IMG/VR virus record: IMGVR_UViG_3300005611_000010
Origin: an uncultured virus (IMG/VR IMGVR_UViG_3300005611_000010)
Taxonomy: Duplodnaviria; Heunggongvirae; Uroviricota; Caudoviricetes
Direction: 5' to 3' (one strand)
Length of the DNA: 20,000 nt
Both the position numbers and the translations under genes were made by a program. The notes under the pieces are model-generated. The model saw only the letters and a program-made list of their open reading frames with translations, did no database searches and had not been told where the DNA came from. Position 1 is the first letter of the stretch. Every line of letters begins with the position of its first letter. Positions 8,598-15,347 of the stretch are shown here, piece by piece.

Positions 8598-9229
8598 TTG
8601 TTAAAGGGTTTAATATATTTTTCTTCTGTGGGCACACCACCCCATTTATCGATGTAGTATGCTTTGTTATTTTCAAAGTGTTCGTTTAATGATGGGTCGG
8701 TTTTAATTGACATCGATTGCTGATATTGTTCGGGATTCATTAATTCGGTTTGTTCAATTATGATTCCTGCCTGTTTGCATCTCCACAAATAATCATTGTC
8801 TTCAAAATAGGCTCCTTTAAAGTTCTCATCGAATTCGCCAACGGTTTTGAACGTATCGTATGAAATCACGAACATCGACCAATTTTTATATCCTATAAAT
8901 AATCCTGCCTGCACATCGTCAATATAGTCTTCAAGCAAATCTGCATACTTTTCGCAAATCACATCGTCATTCAATATGGCAACGTGGGTGTATCCTGAAG
9001 AAAAGGCTACTCGGCATATAATATTCCAAGAAGCCGCAACCCCGATATTTTTTGGTTGTACCAAAATCTTGATTCCTTGATAAGGTCGATTGATGTTCTG
9101 CCTACCGTTATCAATGATGTAAATATGTCGTCCGTGAAATGTGTCTTTGTACACTTCAAGGGCTTGGTTTAAATAATCGGCTTGGTTTACCGTCGGTATT
9201 CCCAAGGCTAATGTTGCAAAATCATCCAT
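8594..9229 (-). CDS. GT-A fold glycosyltransferase (GT2-like)
   Basis: IPTVN, IIDNG, NIGVAASWN, ILNDDV and VGEFDENFKGAYFEDNDYLWR motifs. Confidence 0.9.
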   Translation of the reverse strand: MDDFATLALGIPTVNQADYLNQALEVYKDTFHGRHIYIIDNGRQNINRPYQGIKILVQPKNIGVAASWNIICRVAFSSGYTHVAILNDDVICEKYADLLEDYIDDVQAGLFIGYKNWSMFVISYDTFKTVGEFDENFKGAYFEDNDYLWRCKQAGIIIEQTELMNPEQYQQSMSIKTDPSLNEHFENNKAYYIDKWGGVPTEEKYIKPFNK

Positions 9230-10109
9230 TCTTTTTTGGTTTAGGTAAAAACAACTTCACGTCGAATTGCGCCATAAATTTATCTACGTCATCAAGACCT
9301 CTAAAGAAAGCACGCATTACATAGAACCTGCCATACATTTCCTTGCGCTTTTTTACTTCCTGTTCTTTTTGAGCATTCCGAATAGACCTCATAAAAACAT
9401 TCTTGTTTTCGATTTCCTCCATTTTTCGATGTTCTGCATCGGAAAATTCTTTTGCGGCTTTCAGGGTATCGTCGTCAGGTTCAATGTAACCACCCGCATT
9501 TAAAAAATTCCATACCGAATGATTGAAGTCACCATAATACCTATCACTATCTCTAACCCGTTTACCCCAATCGTGAATAAAACGCTTCAAACTTTCTGCT
9601 ATTTCCATTGGAGTCCGATTGTCAACTTCATTTCGCTTGGCATCGATTTCGGCTTGACGCTTTCTTTGAAGCAACGCATTAATTTGTTCGTTGTGTTTTT
9701 CAACAAATGCGTTTAAAATCTTACTGATATAAAGCGGTGAAAAATTCCCATAAGGTTGTGGGTCTACTCCTAAACGTCCTTGCAATGACAAATCAATTGC
9801 CAATTCAATTTCTTTGGCTGTCAACTTTCCATAAGAATTCTTAATAAACTGTACGTTTATCTTCAATTCTTCTTCAGACATATCCTTGGATAGCCCAAGC
9901 ATTATTCTCCACTTCGTAACAACTTGGATTAATCGCGTGTAATCGTCCTTGGTTTTATAGTATTCAATGGTTTTGTCGTTCAGGGACGATAGAAAACGCT
10001 TTTCGATTTCATTCCTCGTAAACCCCACCAAGTTCGTCTGCCACTTTGTTTGCTGTTGCGATAGTCCTTGCGATTGCGCTTTGGTTATTTGTTTCTGTTG
10101 GTCGCTCAT
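9222..10109 (-). CDS. Hypothetical replication-module protein (possible helicase-loader partner)
   Basis: 295 aa directly downstream of the initiator-like gene, with EIELAIDLSLQGRL...YGNFSPLYISKILNAF. The function is inferred from position only. Confidence 0.5.
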   Translation of the reverse strand: MSDQQKQITKAQSQGLSQQQTKWQTNLVGFTRNEIEKRFLSSLNDKTIEYYKTKDDYTRLIQVVTKWRIMLGLSKDMSEEELKINVQFIKNSYGKLTAKEIELAIDLSLQGRLGVDPQPYGNFSPLYISKILNAFVEKHNEQINALLQRKRQAEIDAKRNEVDNRTPMEIAESLKRFIHDWGKRVRDSDRYYGDFNHSVWNFLNAGGYIEPDDDTLKAAKEFSDAEHRKMEEIENKNVFMRSIRNAQKEQEVKKRKEMYGRFYVMRAFFRGLDDVDKFMAQFDVKLFLPKPKKNG

Positions 10110-10641
10110 TTATATAAGAATTAAATTTCGTTCCGAACAATGTAATTGGTCGCAGGTAGTTTTCAAATTCTGTACCCATCCATTGCTTTGTTTTTATATC
10201 TATAACTTTTTTAAAGTCTTCCAATTTATGTCCTTCTGATATGCGTGCATTAATTGCGCGCACAGCATCCTTTGCTTTATTGGTATAAGACCTATTTGTT
10301 TGTTGATTTAAGTATTCAATGATATGCTGTATCAATTCCTTATTCTTATCAATTGATTTGGGCTTGGGTTCTTCAGACTTTACAAGCGTTTGAACATTTT
10401 TACCTATTGATATAACAATGGAATTATTTTTCGCTATCAATGCGTATTGCACACCCAAATCTTCAAGCACATATGTACCCCATTGAATAATTCTATAAGT
10501 TTGGGATTTGCTCACATTTGATAACTTTGCCAACATACCATAAGAAACCTCTTCGTCAAGGTACGCGAATACAACAACCCACACCTTTGAATAGGAGTCG
10601 CCCATTTGTATCACCCTGCGAAAGAATTCCTTTATCTTCAA
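10009..10641 (-). CDS. Phage replication initiator / replisome organizer-like protein with a Phg_2220_C domain
   Basis: IIEYLNQQTNRSY...INARISEGHKLEDFKKVIDIKTKQW...YLRPITLFGTKFNSYINE matches the conserved phage C-terminus Phg_2220_C. The N-terminus is HTH-like (SYGMLAKLSNVSKSQTYRII). Confidence 0.8.
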   Translation of the reverse strand: MKIKEFFRRVIQMGDSYSKVWVVVFAYLDEEVSYGMLAKLSNVSKSQTYRIIQWGTYVLEDLGVQYALIAKNNSIVISIGKNVQTLVKSEEPKPKSIDKNKELIQHIIEYLNQQTNRSYTNKAKDAVRAINARISEGHKLEDFKKVIDIKTKQWMGTEFENYLRPITLFGTKFNSYINERPTETNNQSAIARTIATANKVADELGGVYEE

Positions 10642-10856
10642 AATTGGTCTTCAATAATTGCATCCGTTGGGACTTGAAGTGCTTGAGCAAGAATTCTCGC
10701 TGTGGACACTTTATAGTCTTTAAGTTTTCCATTGACCATTGTCGATATACGGTACAATTGAATTTCTTTTCCTGTACGCTCCTTGATAAGATTGTACAAT
10801 TCCTGTTGCGTCATTCCTCGCAGAATGAGCAATCGTGCTAATTTGGTTATTTCCAT
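10638..10856 (-). CDS. Cro/C1-type (XRE) HTH transcriptional regulator
   Basis: KLARLLILRGMTQQELY...ISTMVNGK...VSTARILAQALQVPTDAII. Start moved to ATG 10856, just after the upstream stop at 10858. Confidence 0.8.
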   Translation of the reverse strand: MEITKLARLLILRGMTQQELYNLIKERTGKEIQLYRISTMVNGKLKDYKVSTARILAQALQVPTDAIIEDQF

Positions 10857-10857
10857 T

Positions 10858-11235
10858 TTAATCTTTTTTGCGATAGTGCGTTCCTTTACCACTTTCGTCG
10901 TTCACTAATTCAATTTCCCATCCACGGCTTACAAGTGTAGAAACAACTGCGCTCAAATTGCGAATACCATAATATTCTGCAAAGTCGATTGGAAACACTC
11001 CAACTTTTTCCAACCACGCTTCAACGGTGGCAGGTTGTGATTTGCGTCGCAAAGGCTCAATAAATTTGAACAAATCAATTTCGTCAGGTAGGTTTACTTC
11101 AGTTTCGTTAACAAATCCTTTTCTGTTGCGTAAAAGATTTTTTGCTCCTCGAACTACAAGTTTCCCATAAATAAACCGAATGGCTCCTACCCCTAACAGG
11201 AATATGCAAAGCCAAAATAAATAATTATTAGTCAT
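10858..11235 (-). CDS. Membrane-anchored winged-HTH (HTH_39-like) protein
   Basis: N-terminal hydrophobic helix YLFWLCIFLLGVGAI, and C-terminal PIDFAEYYGIRNLSAVVSTLVSRGWEIE resembling phage HTH_39. Likely start is ATG 11235. Confidence 0.55.
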   Translation of the reverse strand: MTNNYLFWLCIFLLGVGAIRFIYGKLVVRGAKNLLRNRKGFVNETEVNLPDEIDLFKFIEPLRRKSQPATVEAWLEKVGVFPIDFAEYYGIRNLSAVVSTLVSRGWEIELVNDESGKGTHYRKKD

Positions 11236-11524
11236 AGTAAAAATCGTTGCTGTAAGCGTCTTCGTGGGCAAGGTCATTCAGCGTATCCCAATTACTCTTA
11301 ATGTATTGGTCTACTTCTTCTTGATTGGTTTCGCCCAAGTATTGTATTTCGTCGGCTTCATATTCGTGGCGAACGTCTTTTCCTGTTGCGCCCCAAAATT
11401 CATAGTCACCTATACCATTATCTACTACGCGACCTGAAGTTTCAAATTCAGCATCGTGAATAATACAGCCCGAAGGCAACTCTAATTCGTGTACGGTAAA
11501 CGTAAAATTGATTGTCATATCCAT
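11228..11524 (-). CDS. Acidic hypothetical phage protein
   Basis: 98 aa containing DNGIGDYEFWGATG; has its own upstream promoter candidate. Confidence 0.7.
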   Translation of the reverse strand: MDMTINFTFTVHELELPSGCIIHDAEFETSGRVVDNGIGDYEFWGATGKDVRHEYEADEIQYLGETNQEEVDQYIKSNWDTLNDLAHEDAYSNDFYYD

Positions 11525-11544
11525 TGTGTAACATTTTAATGTGT

Positions 11545-11575
11545 CAAAAATAATTATTTTCTAAAATAAATCAAA
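11545..11575 (-). promoter_or_regulatory. Bacteroidota-type primary sigma promoter
   Basis: Minus strand TTTG (11575-11572)-N19-TATTTTTG (11552-11545) is an exact TTTG-N19-TAnnTTTG match about 20 nt upstream of ATG 11524. Confidence 0.65.
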
Positions 11576-11771
11576 CTTCCTGCAAAACTTTTTTGATTGC
11601 TTCCTGTGCCTCCTTCTTTATTCGATGTTTCAGCGCGTTTTCGCGTCTGTTAATAATGTCTGTTAACATATCAATTAATTTATTTTGGTCAATAATTGGT
11701 CTGTCATCAAGGTCATAACTCAAAGTTGCTTCCTCGATTGCGAATTCTAATAGGCTTGTTACTTCTTCCAT
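11571..11771 (-). CDS. Hypothetical protein
   Basis: 66-aa helical-looking ORF overlapping the upstream gene. Confidence 0.65.
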   Translation of the reverse strand: MEEVTSLLEFAIEEATLSYDLDDRPIIDQNKLIDMLTDIINRRENALKHRIKKEAQEAIKKVLQEV

Positions 11772-12079
11772 TTGATTATTACTTTTCCCGCAAGGGTTGT
11801 TGGTGTGATTTGTTGGTCATCAATGTGACATTGCATAAATAGGTGTGTGCTTTCCATTATTTCAAATAACTCTTCAGGCTGTACAGTTTTGTATCCTTCA
11901 AGGTCAAAATGATTAGAACCCCCCATAAGGTATTTATCGTCACACGGGGTTAAGGCTATTTCGTTTCCTGAAGCCAAAATCTTGGCTTGGTCGGTTTCAA
12001 TAAAAGGAATTGGCTCTTTAGTAATACTCCAAGTTCCATTTTCGTGCCGCAGGTAAACTTGAATCCATTTGGCTGTCAT
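11759..12079 (-). CDS. Hypothetical protein; first gene of the leftward arm
   Basis: 106-aa ORF with an ATG start and AT-rich leader. Confidence 0.7.
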   Translation of the reverse strand: MTAKWIQVYLRHENGTWSITKEPIPFIETDQAKILASGNEIALTPCDDKYLMGGSNHFDLEGYKTVQPEELFEIMESTHLFMQCHIDDQQITPTTLAGKVIIKWKK

Positions 12080-12120
12080 ACCTACAATTATAAATATATT
12101 CTTTCAGAACCTGACCCGTT

Positions 12121-12388
12121 TTATCCACAGGAACACAGATTTCCAATAAATCAAACATCGTTCCCTGAATCGTTCCGTATAGCGTTCCGTCAAGCGTTCC
12201 CTTTTGTCGCTGTAAAAATTGGACTTTATATTATATATCAACAAGATACAACCTCGTTAATCGTTCCCTATACCGTTCCCTGTACCGTTCCTTGAAGCGT
12301 TCCTTTTGGTTTCTGTAAATTTTGGACTTTTTTATTTGTCTTAATCAAAACAGAAAAACTTTTTTATCTTTTAAGCGACTTTTCCACA
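12121..12388. repeat. Iteron-like repeat cluster with DnaA-box matches (putative replication origin)
   Basis: CGTTCC at 12159, 12171, 12183, 12195 and at 12262, 12274, 12286, 12298. Each block of four is followed by a similar 27-nt tail (..TTTG...CTGTAAA..TTGGACTTT). TTATCCACA at 12121-12129 and TTTTCCACA at 12380-12388. Confidence 0.7.
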
Positions 12389-12412
12389 AAATGTTGTTTC
12401 TCGTTTAATTTC

Positions 12413-12443
12413 TTGCATATATCTCATTTTCTGTCTAACATTG
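12413..12443 (+). promoter_or_regulatory. Bacteroidota-type promoter for the rightward operon
   Basis: TTG (12413-12415)-N20-TAACATTG (12436-12443, one mismatch to TAnnTTTG), about 50 nt upstream of ATG 12494. Confidence 0.55.
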
Positions 12444-12493
12444 TAGCGAGAAATCAGGATAACAACATCAGAAACAACTTAAATTTATCAGTT

Positions 12494-12910
12494 ATGTCGA
12501 ATTTAACACCACAACAAGTAATCGTCCGTGTTCAGGCGATTGCACACCGTAAAGTTTCCGTTAATACCAACGGAAGTATTCATTGGAAAGAATTGGATGG
12601 GTTCACGTTTTTTGAATTCATTGCTGACAAGGATTTAGTTCCTTACAAAGACAAAATGGCTTTGCGGGCTGAAATTATAAAGCCTGCTTTGGTTCGCTAT
12701 TCGGAACAAGGTGAATTCAGATACACCTACGCAAACCACGAAGTCATTGAACAAGCACCCGTTTGCATACAAGCCTGCGCGGATGAGGCTACCAAAGTCT
12801 ATGTTAATCGTACACATTTCGTTGTGGGGACAGTTGAAGAAGCCGAAATGACTGCATTGCGCATTCAAAACGAAGCCTTGAACAAAATTTTATCACACTT
12901 TAAATTTTAA
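12494..12910 (+). CDS. Hypothetical protein; first gene of the rightward operon
   Basis: ATG 12494 (MSNLTPQQVIVRVQ) follows an A-rich leader. The track's TTG start lies inside the promoter candidate. Confidence 0.7.
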   Translation: MSNLTPQQVIVRVQAIAHRKVSVNTNGSIHWKELDGFTFFEFIADKDLVPYKDKMALRAEIIKPALVRYSEQGEFRYTYANHEVIEQAPVCIQACADEATKVYVNRTHFVVGTVEEAEMTALRIQNEALNKILSHFKF

Positions 12911-12911
12911 T

Positions 12912-13649
12912 ATGATGGAAAAACACACACCACAGAGCGTAGAGTCATCAATCTACCGTGAGTTAATGAATTACAATCGTGAATTGATTGTAGAAAACGA
13001 AAACTTGAAAAACGAACTGCGTGAATTCCGCAAAAGTTGGGAAGAGTTGAAAAATGAAGCGTTTTCCTTGCGCGATGAATTGAAGGCTCAAAACGAATTG
13101 GTTACGAAGTTTCAAAACGAACTTGATTCAGAACACCCCTTGGAGCAAGCAGGTGAAGTTGCAGATGACTTTTTCAAATATATAGACAGCCTATCTTCAC
13201 CAAAGGTGAATACAAATGGCTTTAAACAAATTGATGCTTTTCCTGAAGTTAAAAAACAAGCACCCAAAAAGCAGGTTAAAAAAGGTACACAGGTTTTGAT
13301 TGACCCCGTTATTGGTGACAAGTTCAAACAAACCTTGGCAACACAGGGATTAAGCGTAACGCAAGTTGCCCGTGCAATGATGCTTATCTTTATTGACCGT
13401 GGACGCTATAGAAATATAATTGTTGACCGCGCGATAAAACATATTTGGGTTCCAAATAATGTGCGTAAAACAATTGCATTTGCTTGGGGCTATCCTGAAG
13501 AACTTGGTAAACAGTTCAATGGGGTTTTGCGTGCCAATAAATTGAATCAATATCAAGCGATTGAAATTATGATGGAAGAGTATTGCCAAAATCATTGGAT
13601 GCAAAAATTGGTCATCGAATATATGGATAGAGTAAAGCGTGAGTATTGA
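12912..13649 (+). CDS. Coiled-coil protein with two tandem ribbon-helix-helix-like segments
   Basis: Heptad-rich N-terminus, then TQVLIDPVIGDKFKQTLATQGLSVTQVARAMMLIF and FAWGYPEELGKQFNGVLRANKLNQYQAIEIMMEEY, both showing a strand-helix-helix pattern. Confidence 0.55.
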   Translation: MMEKHTPQSVESSIYRELMNYNRELIVENENLKNELREFRKSWEELKNEAFSLRDELKAQNELVTKFQNELDSEHPLEQAGEVADDFFKYIDSLSSPKVNTNGFKQIDAFPEVKKQAPKKQVKKGTQVLIDPVIGDKFKQTLATQGLSVTQVARAMMLIFIDRGRYRNIIVDRAIKHIWVPNNVRKTIAFAWGYPEELGKQFNGVLRANKLNQYQAIEIMMEEYCQNHWMQKLVIEYMDRVKREY

Positions 13650-13721
13650 TTTAAGGATATAGGTTGACATTTAAAAGGAAATAGTAAGGTTATAATATGA
13701 AAAAACAAACGGAGGTAACAA

Positions 13722-13778
13722 ATGAACAACAATAAACAAAGTAAAACCTTTAATACAATAAAAATATGTTTACATTAA
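13722..13778 (+). pseudogene. Empty or internally deleted cassette
   Basis: MNNNKQSKTFNTIKICLH*: the start (MNNKQ) and end (KTFNT) of cassette 14115..14330 with the middle missing. Confidence 0.5.
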
Positions 13779-14074
13779 CAATTACAGAGAAAAATGGATT
13801 TGTAGAACACATCCTATTAGGACAAAAGTACCACTATGTACTAAAGTCAGACAGAGAACACCTAAATGATTGGGAAACTATTTTTGGAGAACAATCACGA
13901 GCAGGAAGACAACCATTTGAAGATGAGTATGGAGTTTTATGCTCAGGAGTACATCGCATTATTCTTACGGAAGGGAATCTATATGAAATTAACATATGGG
14001 ATTCTAAGTACAAAGAAGAAATAGCGGACTTTAACACCATTTATGATGGATTTACAAGGGGTTGCGTTAAGTAA
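13766..14074 (+). CDS. Cassette ORF, hypothetical (102 aa)
   Basis: The ATG is supplied by the repeat at 13743. The stop lies inside the hairpin at 14058-14078. Confidence 0.7.
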   Translation: MFTLTITEKNGFVEHILLGQKYHYVLKSDREHLNDWETIFGEQSRAGRQPFEDEYGVLCSGVHRIILTEGNLYEINIWDSKYKEEIADFNTIYDGFTRGCVK

Positions 14075-14086
14075 CCCCCACTTTTT
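14058..14086 (+). terminator. Hairpin / possible weak terminator inside the array
   Basis: GGGGTTGC-GTTAA-GTAACCCC followed by CACTTTTT. Confidence 0.45.
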
Positions 14087-14114
14087 AACAAAACGAAACA
14101 TACGGAGGTAACAA

Positions 14115-14330
14115 ATGAACAATAAACAACAAACAGCAGTAGAGTGGATAGAAGATAGCATCCAACTTGATATGACAATTATGGAAGTATTAGGATTAAT
14201 AAGACAAGCCAAAGAAATGGAGAAGGAGCAGATTATGGATGTCTATTGGGATGGAGGTCAAGATATACCTACCCATCAAAACACAGTAGAAGAGTATTTT
14301 GAGAAAACCTTTAACACGAAAGAAATATGA
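14115..14330 (+). CDS. Cassette ORF, QTAVEW...QAKEMEKEQI...TFNTKE type small helical protein
   Basis: 71 aa; starts in a type B repeat and ends in a type A repeat. Confidence 0.8.
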   Translation: MNNKQQTAVEWIEDSIQLDMTIMEVLGLIRQAKEMEKEQIMDVYWDGGQDIPTHQNTVEEYFEKTFNTKEI

Positions 14331-14521
14331 GAACAGAAGTAAGAGACGATGGCACAATTCAACTATACCATCAACTTGAAGAAGGACTTAATGGGATTGT
14401 AATCAAAACCACAGATGGAGTAGAATTTCACATCCGCCAAAGAGATTGTGGTATTTTAATTACTTGCAATGGAATAACAAAGTATATAGACGAAGAAACC
14501 TTTAACACCAAAGAGAGATGA
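14327..14521 (+). CDS. Cassette ORF, hypothetical beta-rich protein (64 aa)
   Basis: Starts and ends in type A repeats (ETFNTKER*). Confidence 0.75.
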   Translation: MRTEVRDDGTIQLYHQLEEGLNGIVIKTTDGVEFHIRQRDCGILITCNGITKYIDEETFNTKER

Positions 14522-14679
14522 AAACAGAAACACTAACAACATTCAAGACACCAAACTATGTAGGTGGTTATAGATTAGGAACAGACAACTATGTTCAATT
14601 TAACCTAACTTATAAACCAAATTGGTTTCATCGTACTATGATGAGATTGTGTTTTGGATATAAATGGATAAACCTTTAA
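14518..14679 (+). CDS. Cassette ORF, 53 aa, copy 1 (not in ORF track)
   Basis: MKTETLTTFKTPNYVGGYRLGTDNYVQFNLTYKPNWFHRTMMRLCFGYKWINL*. It stops inside the repeat in a shifted frame. Confidence 0.75.
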   Translation: MKTETLTTFKTPNYVGGYRLGTDNYVQFNLTYKPNWFHRTMMRLCFGYKWINL

Positions 14680-14691
14680 AACAAAAGAGAA

Positions 14692-14877
14692 ATGAAAAAG
14701 TGGTTTTATAGAACATTCAAAGTCATTACCACAGAGCAAGCGGTTGAGTGGAAATTGATTCATCGTTATAACATATACGGAGATTTAATTAACCAAATTA
14801 ATTGCAGAAGCGTTTGGGCTGATAGCAATGGAAGGCTATATAGAGTAAAAGAACTATTTAACACCACAAAGAAATGA
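14692..14877 (+). CDS. Cassette ORF, hypothetical (61 aa)
   Basis: Starts and ends in type A repeats (ELFNTTKK*). Confidence 0.75.
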   Translation: MKKWFYRTFKVITTEQAVEWKLIHRYNIYGDLINQINCRSVWADSNGRLYRVKELFNTTKK

Positions 14878-15107
14878 AAACACCAATGCAAGAGTTGATT
14901 GAGCAACTCAAGGAATTACAAGACACTCAAGACCCTTATGGTTTACACGATGCCATTGAGTTAGCAGAATCATACATTAAAAGAGAAAAAAAGGTGATGA
15001 AAAGTTGTATTATGATGGGGTTAGAGTTTATACCTGTTGACCCTAATAAATACAATGAAGATGCTGAATATTTGTACAATGAAACCTTTAATACAAAAGA
15101 GAAATGA
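14874..15107 (+). CDS. Cassette ORF, KTPMQELI...YNETFNTKEK protein; probable distant paralog of 14115..14330
   Basis: 77 aa with a similar helical layout (A/E...EK, Y...TFNTKE); starts and ends in type A repeats. Confidence 0.75.
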   Translation: MKTPMQELIEQLKELQDTQDPYGLHDAIELAESYIKREKKVMKSCIMMGLEFIPVDPNKYNEDAEYLYNETFNTKEK

Positions 15108-15265
15108 AAGAAGGAACACTAACAACAATCAATACACCAAACTATGTAGGTGGTTATAGATTAGGAACAGACCATTATTTTCAATTTAACCTAACTTATA
15201 AACCAAATTGGTTTCATCGCACTATGATGAGATTGTGTTTTGGATATAAATGGATAAACCTTTAA
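15104..15265 (+). CDS. Cassette ORF, 53 aa, copy 2 (not in ORF track)
   Basis: MKEGTLTTINTPNYVGGYRLGTDHYFQFNLTYKPNWFHRTMMRLCFGYKWINL*. 153/162 nt identical to copy 1 by manual comparison. Confidence 0.75.
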   Translation: MKEGTLTTINTPNYVGGYRLGTDHYFQFNLTYKPNWFHRTMMRLCFGYKWINL

Positions 15266-15277
15266 CACCAAAGAGAA

Positions 15278-15343
15278 ATGAAGGAATATATTGATTTAAC
15301 AAAATGGTTCTATACCGATGATTTAGTGTTAGTAAATAATTGA
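15278..15343 (+). CDS. Terminal 21-aa cassette ORF or remnant
   Basis: MKEYIDLTKWFYTDDLVLVNN*. The ATG comes from the last repeat and the terminator follows immediately. Confidence 0.4.
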   Translation: MKEYIDLTKWFYTDDLVLVNN

Positions 15344-15347
15344 GTGT

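Larger units (their letters stand above)
13699..15281 (+). repeat. Array of 27-nt gene-junction repeats delimiting small-ORF cassettes
   Basis: Type A (consensus GAAACCTTTAACACCAAAGAGAAATGA) at 13743, 14304, 14495, 14669, 14851, 15081 and 15255. Type B (ending ACGGAGGTAACAAATGA) at 13699-13725 and 14092-14118. Every copy carries an ATG at positions 24-26. Confidence 0.9.

Noticed and set aside
11987..12295. 102-aa plus-strand ORF across the iteron region
   Set aside because: It is antisense to a real gene at its start, and the rest is translated repeat sequence (TVPCTVP).
13664..13696. TTGACA...TATAAT sigma70 promoter ahead of the array
   Set aside because: Both hexamers are perfect but the spacer is 21 nt rather than about 17, and other promoters here are Bacteroidota-type. 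It is left uncalled, though TSS mapping could revive it.
14024..14050. Extra degenerate junction copy (GACTTTAACACCATT) inside ORF 13766..14074
   Set aside because: Only about 11 nt of core match, and there is no ATGA at the expected position. It may be a decayed copy but was not counted.
14518..15265. Diversity-generating retroelement template/variable repeat pair
   Set aside because: The differences are not confined to adenines of one copy (G/T and C/T changes occur), both copies are intact ORFs, and no reverse transcriptase is in the window.
13743..15281. CRISPR array interpretation of the 27-nt repeats
   Set aside because: The intervening sequences are about 150-500 nt, variable in length and protein-coding. 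The repeats are degenerate and non-palindromic, and no cas genes are present.
13699..15343. Classical integron with attC sites
   Set aside because: The junctions lack RYYYAAC...GTTRRRY inverted cores and hairpin symmetry, and no IntI tyrosine recombinase is visible.
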